The notes beneath the pieces were generated by a model, which saw only the letters and a program-made list of their open reading frames with translations, was not told the origin of the DNA and ran no database searches. A stretch of DNA of 64,000 nucleotides from Neocallimastix sp. 'constans' (Eukaryota): contig JBODTK010000117.1 in assembly GCA_050613775.1 (NCBI GenBank), positions 248,001-312,000 of the forward strand, given 5' to 3'. A program made the translations under genes and the position numbers. This document shows, one piece after another, positions 46,526-60,419 of this stretch (positions are counted from its first letter, which is position 1; every line of letters begins with the position of its first letter).

Positions 46526-47391
46526 TTATTTTCTTTTATATTTATAATTCCTATTTGTCCATTTGGTATCTACGCGATTATTACTATAATTAATAATCTC
46601 CTTTAACGCGATTTCAGGTTTGGGCATCATAATTTTATAAATATTTATTTTATTTTTATCATTATTTTGAATATAAATATATGGAATTTTAATTATTTTT
46701 TTAATTTTATTAATTTTTATTTTCTTATCACTTTCTACATTTATAATATTACTAAAATCAATCGGTGAATTATTATTATTAATTTTTCTTTCTTTTATAT
46801 TAGTAATATTATTAACTGAATAATTTTTTTTTATAAATTGTTCATTTTTATTAGCATTTGAAGTAATTTGAATATTATCTACTTTTGAATTGTTACTATC
46901 AATAATATTTATTTCCGTAACCAAACCAGAAGTTAGAGATTTATTAATTCTATTGATAATGCTATCAACTTTAACAGATTCATTGATATTTATTTCTTCT
47001 TTTACAATTGTATGACTATTTATTTTGTTTCTTATATTTTCAGAATTATTAATAATATTTTTATTTTTACTATTTGAATTAATATTTTCCTTATTATTTA
47101 TTATTACAATACTATTAATCTCAATACTATTATTTTGATTTTTCTTAATATTGGCACTACCTTTAATATTATTTTTATTTTTTTCTTTAGTAATTATAAT
47201 ATTGTTGTTTGTTTTACATTTGCTATTACTATTATTTACTAATTTATTATTTTCTCTGAAATTATCCAATTTTAACGCGTTTAATTTATTTAGTTTCGTG
47301 TTTATTATGTCATCAACCTCGTCATTTTTAGTATTATTAATTTTATTACTATTATTGTTATTATTATTATAAATGTTATTATTATTATAAA

Positions 47392-47425
<34 letters not shown>

Positions 47426-47941
47426 TTCTTCATTTTTATTGATTCTTTTATTTAAAACAGATAATTTTTCAAGTTCAGCTACCACTCTAAATTCAGAAGT
47501 TCCTTGTTTCAAAAGAATTAAATTGTCGCTTGGGTCAATAATAATTCCTAATTCTCTTTGTGTTTTAAAATTCAAACTAATATCATAAAATGGATTTTCT
47601 TTCTCAACTACTCTGAATATTACATTTTTTTGAACACCACCAATAGTTAAATTTAAAATTGTAAGTTTAGTTATTCCAGTAATACTTGAGTCATCAATAC
47701 AATGATTAAGAATATATTTTTCCAGAAAACTACGATTTACCAAATTATTTTTACCGTATCCTTTTAAAATACACCTAGCTTCCTTATTATCAACAAGAGC
47801 TAATATTCCCATTGATTCACCATCTACAAACTCATCTAATTCATCCACGCCATCACTAACTCCAGTTTCAAATTTACCTTTTTGAATTAACAATTTTAAC
47901 AATTGTAATTTTTCTGTTAGGTTATCTTGATTTATATCCAT
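46526..47941 (-). CDS. 471-aa protein: retropepsin-like (Gypsy protease) domain lacking the catalytic Asp, plus an Asn/Lys/Ile-rich tail
   Basis: Uninterrupted ORF. ALVDNKEARCILKGYGKNNLVNRSFL aligns without gaps to VTVEGVKGKALIDSFSNLNIITNQFL of the Gypsy protease in this window (D->K60). FRVVEKENPFYDISLNFKTQRELGIIIDP aligns to CRVIDKGDPFLDILINLKTQMNHKLFIHP. Confidence 0.8.
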
Positions 47942-48542
47942 TTTATTTCTATATCTATTTTTAAAATGTACTATTAATTAATATTATTAAATATACTACT
48001 ATTAAAATACACAATATTTTTATCTTATTATACTTATATATATTGTAATTTTATTCCTAAGTTTTAACACTTTTAAACTATTTATATCTTCCTACTCTTA
48101 TTTTATTTAAAAAAAATATTCCTATTATATAATTTATCTAAATTATTCACTAAAATGCTAATTAAAATAACAATATTTTTACTATTTCACTCTCTAATTA
48201 TTATTATTATCCTACTTAAACTACCTTACTTTTAACACTAACACTATATTAATAAATTATTTATATATATATTTTTATTAGATTTCCGAATATTTAATTA
48301 TTTTAAAACAATTTATTTAAATTATACTAAAATGAATGAAATAACATATATTGTATAATTTTCTCTTCACCAAAGATGAAATAACTATAAATAACCAATA
48401 AAAAAAATTAAAAATCTATATCCTAAACATATATATATATTAATCCTAACTAAAGAGAATTTATGTAAATATATACGGATTTATAATTAATTAACAAAAT
48501 TACTAAACACCACTACTTATAAATTACTTTTTACACAGCACA

Positions 48543-48560
48543 TCCCCGATATCTCCACCA
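48543..48560 (-). promoter_or_regulatory. Primer-binding site, tRNA-Ala-like
   Basis: Minus strand reads TGGTGGAGATATCGGGGA, 5 nt inside the 5' LTR. It is complementary to a tRNA 3' end ...TCCCCG.. ATCTCCACCA typical of tRNA-Ala. Confidence 0.8.
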
Positions 48561-49669
48561 ATTTTTGATATACGGGACTTTTATGTGCAATAATTTATAA
48601 GCAGTGGGTTTTAAATAATGGTAGTTTAGTAAATTTTATTAATAAAATTATATTATTCGTACAATTAAAATAATAATTCTAATTCCTAAAAATTTTACAA
48701 GAGAGTTCTCTATTTCTAATATAAATAATTTAATTTATAAGAAATAGGTAATATATTAAATACATGTTCTAATATATAGAACTATATAAATTTTATATGA
48801 ATTAAAGTATTATAATTATTATAATTATAATAATACATATTGAAATAAAATAAAATAAAATAATTATTATCAAAAAGATATAAATTTAATATTTAATAAT
48901 TATTATTAAATATACAAATATGTTACTACACATATTTGTTTTATATCATAAATTTATGGAGTAAAATATAAATTTATTTATAAATGAATCTATAAAAATA
49001 AAATACAATAAAAAAAAAAAAAATAAAAATTTTTTTAAGTATATTTGTATTTGTATTTGTATATTGTTCAAAATGATTTTATTATTTAGTTGTTATTTAA
49101 AAACAAAAATGTATACTAAAAAATATATATATATATATTTTATATAAATATTATAATTATCATTTTTAAAAATAATACATATTGCTTTTTATTTTCAATT
49201 CATTTTATTTATAAAATAAATAAAATAACAATTTATATACATATGTTACTAATAATAATATTTTTTAAACATAGATTTTAAATACAATTTATTTAAAATC
49301 TAAGTAACGAAAATCTTAAATATTACTAATAAATTTTATTAGTTAGATATTATTTCTTTTTTTTTTTAGAATCTGCAAAATGGTTAATGATGAATATAAG
49401 TCTCATATTTTTTAAAGCGCTTGCCACACTATCTATTTTAAAAGATGTAATTTCTTTGTTTTATTATTTTAGATTTAACTGGTAATCAAGTTACTACACA
49501 TAATATACATTACACAGAAAAAATTTTTTTTCAACTACTGAACATATTTTTATTCTTTATTACATTAAATTTCAATGATTAATTAATTTTTTTTTTTAAA
49601 TTTTATTATATTTTATTTTTACTTAATCTTTTCCATACATTTTATTTTCATCTTTAAATTACTAAATGA

Positions 49670-51750
49670 ACTTCACCTGTAGGGTTGTCTTGCCTGTTTT
49701 TTTAGATACTTCTATCCGACAGAGTAATATTTCTTACTTTATAGTAGTTAATTCTAATTGGAGGTATTGGTCCATTAGTATTCACAATAATGCTAAGAAC
49801 ACAGCGATGTCTAGAACTTCTACTGTAGGGTTGTCTTGCCTGTTTTTTCCTAGGAATATTATTTCTGGCTAAAGTGGTGCCTAATGATTCTCCGTAGGGT
49901 CGTCGTTCAGATTCTAGCTTAGGATAATTTTTGCTGGCCAAAGTTTCCCTTATATAATTTCCGGAGGGTAGTCCTGGTATCCCTGGTTGTCGATAATCCT
50001 CACTGGCAAAATCTTCTCCTAATAAATTTCCGGAGGGTAATCGTAGTAACTTTGAGTGAGGTTGATTTCCACTGGCTGAATTTTGTCCTATAGAATTTCC
50101 GGAGGGTAGTCCTGGTATTCCTGGTTGAGGATATTCCTCACTGTCCAAAGTTTCCCTTATATAATTTCCGGAGGGTAGTTCTGGTATTCTTGGTTAAGAT
50201 AATCCTCCTTGGAAAAATCTTCTCTTAATAAATTTCTGGAGGGTAATCATAGTAATTTTGGGTGAGGTTGATTTCCACCGGCTGAATTTTGTCCTAATGA
50301 ATTTCCGGAGGGTTGCGAGCATCTTGTTATATTAGATTTATAATCTTTTGGTTTAATAAGTAATTCTTATAATTCATTGTTAGATACTTCTATCCAACAG
50401 AGAAATATTTCTTTGCTCTGTAGTAGTTATTTCTAATTGAACTTCTCCTGTAGGGTTGTCTTTTCTGTTATTGCCTATTAAGATTATTTCTGGCTAAAGT
50501 GGTACCTAGTAATTCTCCGTAGGGTCGTCGTTCAGATTCTGGCTTAGGATAATTTTTGTTGGCCAAAGTTTCTCCTATAGAATTTCCGGAGGGTAGTTCT
50601 GGTATTTCTGTTACGGATAATCCTTGGAAAAATCTTCTCTTAATAAATTTCTGGAGGGTAATCATAGTAACTTTAGGTAAGGTTGATTTCCACTGGCTGA
50701 ATTTTGTCCTAATGAATTTCCGGAGGGTTGCGAGCATCTTGTTATTTTAGATTTATAATCTTTTGGTTTAATAAGTAATTCTTATAATTCTTTGTTAGAT
50801 ACTCCTATCCAACAGAGTAATATTTCTTTACTCAATAGTAGTTAATTCTAATTGGAGGTATTGGTCCATTAGTATTCACAATAATGCTAAGAACACAGCG
50901 ATGTCTAGAACTTCTACTGTAGGGTTGTCTTGCCTGTTTTTTCCTAGGAATATTATTTTTGGCTAAAGTGGTGCCTAATGATTCTCCGTAGGGTCGTCGT
51001 TCAGATTCTGGCTTAGGATAATTTTTGCTGGCCAAAGTTTCCCTTACATAATTTCCGGAGGGTAGTTCTGGTATTCTTGGTTAAGGATAATCCTCCTTGG
51101 AAAAATCTTCTCTTAATAAATTTCTGGAGGGTAATCATAGTAACTTTGGGTGAGGTTGATTTCCACTAGCTGAATTTTGTCCTAAAAAATTTCCGGAGGG
51201 TTGCGAGCATCTTGTTTACATTAGATTTATTATTTTTTGGATTAATAATTCTTGTAATTCTTTGTTAGACACTTCAATCCAAAAGAGTAATATTTTTTTA
51301 CTTGCTCTGTAGTAGTTATTTCTAATTGGAGGTATTAGTCCATTAGTATTTACAATAATATTAAGAACACGGTGATGTCTCGAACGTCTACTGTAGGGTT
51401 GTCTTTCCCGTTTTTTCCTAGGAATATTATTTCTGGCTTAAGTGGTGCCTAGTAATTCTCCGTAGGGTCGTCTTTCAGATTCTGGCTTAGGATAATTTTT
51501 GCTGGCCTATATAATTTCCGGAGGGTAGTTCTGGTATTCCTGGTTAAGGATAATCCTCACTGGCAAAATTCCTTCTAATAGAATTTTGGGAGGGTAATCA
51601 TAGTAACTTTGGGTGAGGTTGATTTCCACTGGCTGAATTTTGTCCTATAAAATTTCCGGAGGGTAGTCCTGGTAGTCCTGGTTGAGGATAATCCTCACTG
51701 GCAAAATCTTCTCCTAGAGAATTTCCGAAGGGTTGAGACCATCTAGTTAC
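49670..51750. repeat. GC-richer 69-bp-monomer higher-order tandem array
   Basis: The core (AATTT)CCGGAGGGT or variants (CTGG, CCGT, CTGT) occurs at 49823, 49892, 49961, 50030, 50099, 50168, 50236, 50305; 50586, 50651, 50720; 51055, 51124, 51193; 51518, 51587, 51656, 51725. Distinct monomer types recur in ~420-530-bp blocks. Confidence 0.92.
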
Positions 51751-52108
51751 AATAGATTTATTTCCTTCTGATTTAATAAGTAGTTCTTGTAATCTTTTAT
51801 TAAGTACTAGTCTTTTTAAATTTAATCCTTCATTAACAACGATTGTCATTAGGAAAGTCTTCTTTCTATATTTATCATAAAATTGTATTACCAGTATACA
51901 TTGTTTCGTCACGACTGCTTGAAATGAAAATGGAGGAACATTATTATCTATAATTAGCAATAACTCATTGATTAATAAAAAATATAAAATTTCAACCTAG
52001 TTCATCATATTCAAAAACACCGATAAATCTAATATCAAGAATAATTTTATATTTTTGGAACACTAAGAGATCTAATAATTCTTCTTTCATTGGTTTACAG
52101 GTAATAGG

Positions 52109-52330
<222 letters not shown>

Positions 52331-53116
52331 ACTATTAAAATTAATACTAATATTATTATTTTTATTAATACTTCTATTATTATTTTTATTATTATACCTA
52401 CTATTATTTTAATTACTATAACTATTATTATTTTTATTATTATTAGTTCTTTTTTTAAATATTATTAGTTTTAATTATAATTGTTACTATTTTTAATCTA
52501 AAACCAATATAAATTATATTTTCTTAACACCAATACTTACTATAATAGTAATACTATTAATATATGTATTTTCTTTATATTTTTGTTTGTTTTTTATAAA
52601 TTAAAAAAATTATAAATATAAAAATTAAACATATATAATATTACAAATATAGTAATAAATTATAATATCTTTGACAATACTATATTAAAAAATTTATACG
52701 AACTTTTTTATTTTTTTATTTTTTTATTTTTTTATTTTTTTATTTTTTTATTTCTTATTTTTTACTTTTTTATTTTTTATTTTTTTATTTTTTATTTTTT
52801 TATTTTTTTATTTTGTTGATACTTAAATAAAATATAATATATTTTCTATTAAGATAAATATTTAATAATAAATTATTATATTTTAATTTTATGAAATGTG
52901 AAGTATTATATTAAATAAAAAAAAAAGAAAATAATAATACTATAAGTTATTAATATACTTTATTACAATTTATTTAATATATATAACCGTAGTATTATAT
53001 TTTAAAATGTAATATTCATACATTTGTTTTAAACAGTATAATAGAATTATCATTCATGATTTTTATTGATAATTTTAAAATTTACTATTATAAATAAAAT
53101 ATACTTTATATTTTAT

Positions 53117-53307
53117 TTAATTACTATTATTGACAAAATCAATAAAGACTTGTTCAAGAGAGTATTGGCCAAAGTTATAATGATAAATATAGCCATTTTC
53201 TTTAGCATGCTCTAATAGTGAAAATATATTTGCAATATTTTCAGGTTTAATTTCAACAGTATATTTTTGATATTTAAATGAATTTTCTAAATGGTAAGAA
53301 TTTTCAA

Positions 53308-53340
<33 letters not shown>

Positions 53341-54264
53341 TGCTGCTACCAAAGTTATTAATGTTGTTGTTATTATCTTTATTGCTTGTGTTATTAATAT
53401 TATTGAAATTTAATTTGAAAATATTATATTTCTTAACATATATTTTTTCAAAATCTTCAGGATAATCGGTTAAAACTTCTAAAACATAACGGTTGCTTCG
53501 ATTCATCTTAATACTTCTTGGAGTATCGATACAAACTAAATTTCCTTTAATCAGAATAGCAATACGATCACAAAGAGCTTCAGCTTCTTCCGTAGAATGA
53601 GTAGTAAGGATAGTAGTAGTCTTACGAACTTTTTTTAATTCGTAAATAAGTTTCCACATATATCGGCGAGTAAATGGATCCATACCAGCTGTTGGCTCAT
53701 CAAGAATTAGGTAATTTGGTGATGAGCAAATTGCAATAATTAATGATAGTTTACGTTGAGTACCACCGCTAATTTCTTTTACTCTTTTATTTGTATGATT
53801 TTCAATACCACATGCTTCGATTAAAGCTTTAGTATAATAAGGAATATTTTTAGATGGATAACCACAAATATTGAGATAAAATTGAATTGTTTCTTTAACT
53901 GTTAATAAATTCCAAAGAGAATTATGTTGAGAGCAATAACCCAAAGACAGTTGTGAAAGATCTGTTTTATTTAAATCTTTATGGCCGTAGATTACTTTTC
54001 CATGAGTACGAGAAATATGACCTGTCATCATAGAAATAGTAGTGGTTTTACCAGCTCCGTTTGGACCTAAAAGGCCTAAGCATTGTCCAACATCTACACC
54101 AAAAGTAACATTGTCAACAATACGGTTAATAAATTTCTTTTTTTCTGGAATATAAACAATTCTATTATCCATTTTTGTAAATAGATTTTCTTTCTCACTT
54201 TTTTTTATTTTATTATTGTTCTTTAATTGCTTTTTACAGATCCTATTGCTACTACTACTTCTAC

Positions 54265-54298
<34 letters not shown>

Positions 54299-56409
54299 TT
54301 TATTGTTTTTATTATTATTATTATTATTACTATTATTATTACTTCCATTATAATAATAATTAATATTATCTTTTTTAAAAGATTTACTTCTTTTTTTTAA
54401 TTCTTTATGTGTCAATGAATAATCCTTATTAAGTTCATAAATTTTTAATGCAATATTATTAGTATTAAACCTATTATTTAAATTTTTATTATTACTAAGA
54501 GTTTTGTTTCTTTCCTCATTAGAATCTTCTTCTATGATGCATTGTTGAATTTTTTTGAATTCATTATAAACATCTTTTGGCGCTTTTCTTATATTATTAT
54601 CTTTTTGTATTGTTTCTTGGAGACTGTAGTCATTATTACATTTAAGACGTTTCTTCTGATTTCTTATTAAAATATAAAGTATATATAAATAGATGACAGT
54701 TATGGCTAGAGCTAATATTAAGCAATTTCTTGTATCTTTGCATTGTAATACATCTTTAAGCGAAGGAGTTTTTGAAGAAAAGAATTCCTTAGAAAGTAAT
54801 TTACCCTTTTGTGATCTATTTAAATTATTATTATTAATAATTTTTTGATATATCTCACTATTAATAAAATTTGAAATGGAATTGTTATCAATTGATTTAA
54901 TTTTTACCTTTCTGATAAATGAAGCTAATTCATTATAGTACTTAATAATTGTAGCAGGTGTATATATAATTAAACTAATAAAATACAAAATTTCATTGAA
55001 TAAATTTGGATTTTCATTACTTCTAAATAAGGTATAAATCCCTACGAAAAAAGTGAGAATTGGAAATACTATAATAAAAATGTTGGAACATTTATCATAA
55101 TTTTTGAAAAATTGACTAATAGCATATTGGTGTAATAAACTACTAATAATCCATAGAAAGGTGATAGATATCGAAAATAGGAGAACTTGGATACTAAATA
55201 TACTAATACTATTAAAATAACCAACAACACATATAATAACAACAGGAACTAAAAGACAAATCATATCACTAAGGAAAACTCCGATCCAATAGGTCAATCT
55301 ACTTGTTCCATTTAAATAAAGTTGCCAAGTGATTCCATCTTCCCTTTCTTTAACAGTTAAAGGACCAAAAATTGAAATTGAAAGAGAAACTGAAATAGCA
55401 ATGATCATCGCTAAGATTAAATCATAGTCAGTTTTTCTATTTTCGGGAAATGTATTTATTATTTTTTCTTTATCATCCTCTTCAAAATCAAAATTTACAT
55501 AATTTGGTAATGGATTAAATGACATAGATAATACTTTATCTACATTATTTTGTTTAAGAATGGCATTAGAAATTAAATTAATTGCCATAGGAATGGAATA
55601 AGTATAAAAATTATTATAATAAATGGTAAAATTTAAAGTTTGGTTGGCACTAAGATTGCCAGAAAATCCTCCAATGTATTTTTTCTCGTCTTTTAATTGA
55701 TTAGAATCAATTGTAAGTTGTTCATCATAATTTAATGTGTCCATTTTATATTCATTAAAAATATCTATTTTTTTAATAATATCTAAAGTAATATCATTTG
55801 AAGTATTTATGTTTCTGAACCAATGAATATCTTTATATAATGTGGGTGTTATTTTTATTGGTTTATACGTCCTTTCATTATCATAAAACTTATCTGTATA
55901 TTTATTTATAGAATAGATACAACTAATAATAATACAAATTGGAATCAAGTTATAAAGTGAAATGAAAGTTAAATTTCGAACAAAAACCTTAATACGAATT
56001 TTTGTGATATTTAAAATTTGCCTCCATACGGAAAATTCGTTATTTTCATTTTTTCCAAAGACATGAAATATACTATTTACTAAATTATTTGTATCCTTTA
56101 TGTCTGCTTGATTAAATTTATAATTATCCATATTAATATTAGTTGTATCTTTAATATTTTGAAAGTCATTGTTTTCATTATTTTTTTCTAATTTAATAAA
56201 AAGTTCTTCTAATGTAGGGGCTGTTAATGAAAAATTATTAATGGTATTGTTATCATTTTTTATTAATTCATTAATTGATGAAAAAATATTTTTGAAATAT
56301 TTGGACTGCTTAATAGGTAATAAATAAGTTACAATGAAACTTTTTTGATTTTTAAATGAAGATTTATTACTGTTATTATTACTGTTATTATTATTATTAT
56401 TATCATTAC

Positions 56410-56506
<97 letters not shown>

Positions 56507-59399
56507 ATTATTATTATTATTATTATTATTGATTAAATAATCGCTATTTACAATAAATTTAGTTTTTGAATAGCCAGGACAGTAATAATCAATAACTTTA
56601 TCAATATACAAAGAATCATTGATATCTATTAAATTGATATCTAATGAATAATTCATATTAAAACTATTTTTTAAGAAAATACTAGTACCAAGACAGGTAA
56701 TATTTCCATTTGAAATTATCATTTTTCGATCAGCTAAAAGATCCGCTTCATCCATATAATGCGTAGTAATAAATATTGTACAACCTTTTTTCTTTTTGGA
56801 TAAATACTCACAAATATATTTTCGAGAATATGGATCAAGACCAGTAGTAGGTTCATCTAAAAATATGTATTTAGGTGAACCTAACAATGCTAAGGCAATA
56901 CAAAGTTTTCTTCTTTGACCTCCACTCAAATTTTTAGGGAAATCATTTTTTTTATTCAATAAATCAATTTCTTCCAGTATTTCATCAACCTCAATTTTTA
57001 TACCTCTAACACCTGCAAATAAAAGAACATGTTCACCAACCGTTAAATTATTATTAAAAGTATCAAATTGAGGACAATAACCAAACTGAGTAGTAATTTG
57101 AGTTTTATTTCCACTAATAGGAATATCATTATAATATACATCTCCATAGGTAGAAGATAAACTACCTGTCATTATACTAAGTAAAGTTGTTTTACCAGCA
57201 CCATTATGACCTAAAATTGCAAATATTTCATCGCTATAAGCACTAAAGTTAATGTCTTTCAGAATCTCTAAATATTCACCTTTCCCTTTGAATATTTTTC
57301 CTATATGATTAACCTTTACTGCTTTTTTAAGGTCTTTCGATTCTTTTTCAATAAAAGGATTTTCATTTTCGTTACAATCGTTAATTTCGGAATATTTATC
57401 ATTGGCGATAATTTTTTTCGATGAGAAAATACAAAGTAGATCTGTAATTGGAAAGTGCCATTTTTTATGAAAATTACTACCTTGGGCTAAAATATTATCC
57501 AAATAAATAGCTAATAAGAAATACAAAATTAAAGAAATTACTAAACAGAAAATATATCTTTCAAATATTGAATTATTTAAGATATTTAATAAATTCATTG
57601 GTAATAATTTTTCTTCTAAAAGAATAAAATTATTAATTAGTGTAATGAATGAAATTTGCGGGAATAATATGCAACAAATGCATTTATATAGTGTTCCTTC
57701 TTCTAAAATATTATAAAAAAAATAAATCAAAAAGAATAAAATAATAATTGCACCAATTGTACTAGAAGTTTTTGACTTATTGATTATCGTAGATAGTGTA
57801 AAGGCGATACAGACACAAGATAAACCATAAATGATAATAGTAAATAATAAAATAGACCAAGGGATAAAACTAAATACTTCATAATAAGTCATTATTATTA
57901 CAGAAAAAACGGAACCAACTGATATAATAATACCATAAATAATGATCCATGATAACCAAAAGTTATATTTTTTTAAGCCAATAATAACTAAAGATTCTTT
58001 GATTTTAGATTCTTTTTCAATAACTAAATTATTAAGTAGAGTGCATAAACAAGGAATAAAATAAAATGAGAATAAAAACGCCATGTATTCTTTTAGTTGA
58101 TTATCCTTACTCTTTTTGGAATGTCCAAATGAATCCATATACTTATAATTATATTCTATTTCCTGAATAGGGTTATTATTATTAGTATTATTATTGTTAT
58201 TAAAATTAGAGTTAGAATTTATTAATGTTTTCAAAAGAGCATTATTAGTTAATATTTGAAAATTATAATAATTTTTATTTAAAACCATATGCTCTAACAT
58301 TTCATCTAATTCTGAAACTAAATCTTCACATGAGATATAAAGAGTATATTCTGTAAGAGATTTAAATGAAATACCATAGAAACCATCCAGAGGAGGAAAT
58401 TTAGGGTTTTCATTTTGATTAGGTGATAAATAATAAATTTCTTTGTATTTTTCAAATATTTCCTCTTCACTATCAAATATTTCAATTTTATATTCTTGAG
58501 TTGGTTTTACATAATCTCGTTTGTAATATTTAAACGGTTTAGCCAAAGTAGAAATATTAGAATGTTTTCTTGTATTACTAACTGATACAATTGTAGCATT
58601 CGTGCTATCTGTTTTGGAAGTACTAATATTAATATCTATTTTATTTCCATTATCTATATTAGTTGTAGTATTCATAGAATAATTTTTAGTAGTATTATTT
58701 AAGTTATGATTTATATATTCATGTTTTATATTATCTAAATTATTAATAATGAATTTATTGTTTTCGTTCATTTCGTAATTTCTTTTTGTATTGGAATTTT
58801 CATATTGAGTAAAGTCATCCGTGATTTCCAAATATTTAAATGAACTAAAAAAACTATCTCTCTTAAAATTTTCCAAAAATATATTTTTTTTTTCAATATC
58901 AAAATCATTAGAAAACTTAATACAATATTGATTTCTAATAATCATATTAGATATTCTTGTTGAATTGTTTACAATATAAATTGGAATATTTTTTATATCT
59001 TCATCTTTATATTCAGATATTTCAATATTTGCGTTTTTTACTATATAATATAAAAATTTTTATCAAAAAAATTACAAAATATAGCAAATCAGAATAAATA
59101 AGAAGTAATAAGCAATAATATTATAAATTAATACATATAAGAAGTAATAAGCAATAATATTATAAATTAATACATATAAGAAGTAATAAGCAATAATATT
59201 ATAAAATAGTATACTATTATCAATAATTATTACATTTTTATTTCATTTAATTTTTTTTTTTTTGTAATTTATACTTATATTTACCAGTTAATAAAATAAT
59301 AATTGCCGGGAAAAAAAGTTCAATAATTGTTGAAAATATTCCTCTTTTTTTTAATATAGCATTTCGCCATATTAATGTTTTCAATTGTTGATATACCAT
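53117..59399 (-). CDS. Full-size ABCA-subfamily ABC transporter (TMD-NBD-TMD-NBD); exons 59399-59285 and 59040-53117
   Basis: Exon 1 reads MVYQQLKTLIWRNAILKKRGIFSTIIELFFP (ABCA N-terminus). The GT-AG intron 59284-59041 joins it in frame to the 1942-aa ORF. NBD1 has GHNGAGKT/LSGGQRRKL/LDEPTTG and NBD2 has GPNGAGKT/ISGGTQRKL/LDEPTAG; EKESKIKE motif present. Confidence 0.95.
59101..59205. repeat. 39-bp tandem repeat x~3 inside the ABCA intron
   Basis: AGAAGTAATAAGCAATAATATTATAAA repeats at 59101, 59140 and 59179. Confidence 0.85.
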
Positions 59400-60419
59400 T
59401 AATAACTTATTTTAAAATATTACTATTTTATTAAATAATATTATAAATTTTATTTATACATTAATATATTAGACTGTTTATAATTTTATTTTATTTTTAT
59501 TAATAATTCACTCTTTTATATACTACTTTACTATTTATATTATTTTATTTTATTTTTTTTTTATATTATTTTTGATTATATATAATTTATATTTATTGAT
59601 AATAATATATAATATTTTTTAAATTTTATATTTGTTGATAATAATAATAATAATTATTTTTAAATTATATATATTTAGTGAGAATAATAATAATAATAGT
59701 TATTTTTAAAATTTTATATTTAATCATAATATTAATATTTGTTAATATAAATAATTATTTTTTTTTTTTAAATTTTTTCACAAATTTTTTTATAATAATT
59801 TTTTTTCTTTATAAATAATGATAATGTAATATTTATTATAATATAATATTATAATTTATTTATATAATATTTAGCCGCAGTTATTGTGGATTTAAAATAA
59901 TTTTATTAATTCATTTATTAATATATTAAATATAAAAATATTTAACTATTCAAAAAAAAAAAAAAAAAAAAAAAAAAAACTAAATGAAGTTTTGTACATA
60001 ATTAAGAAGTTTTGTGATATATTTTAATATATATATTTTCAAGTATAAGGCCAATAATACATTTGTGTAACCTTAACAAAATAACTATAAATATTTTATA
60101 ATATAAATCTCTTCTACAATAACTCCTTTTAATAAAAAAGGCGAAATTAGATTTTCATATTTTCTATAAATATAAATAAACGAACCTTTCATACTTTTCA
60201 ACAATATTAATAAAAATATTATTAAAATATATTATGATAATAAGAAAGAATTAGGAAGGTATAGAATTTACTATTTTATAGATTTCAGTTACAGTATATT
60301 TTATTTATAAGGTAATGTATAGAAAATAATTATGGCTGAGATAATTTTCTCGTATAATAAACTTTATTTAATACTATATTATTTTATAAAATAAATTAAA
60401 ATAAACTTTATAAAAATAA

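Larger units (their letters stand above)
46055..48948 (-). mobile_element. Complete non-autonomous LTR retroelement (2894 bp) with a single ORF
   Basis: Two 383-bp LTRs (46055-46437 and 48566-48948) with TGATATA...TATATCA ends, identical by eye. TSD is TAAA (46051-46054, 48949-48952). PBS at 48543-48560 and a weak PPT-like AGCAAGGG near 46444-46451. No RT/IN motifs. Confidence 0.93.

Noticed and set aside
49300..49500. Leucine-rich-repeat gene remnant (LDLTGNQVT)
   Set aside because: A single short motif in broken frames is insufficient support.
49670..51750. CRISPR array
   Set aside because: The would-be spacers are homologous to one another and recur in blocks. The conserved core is only ~14 bp, no cas genes are present, and the context is eukaryotic.
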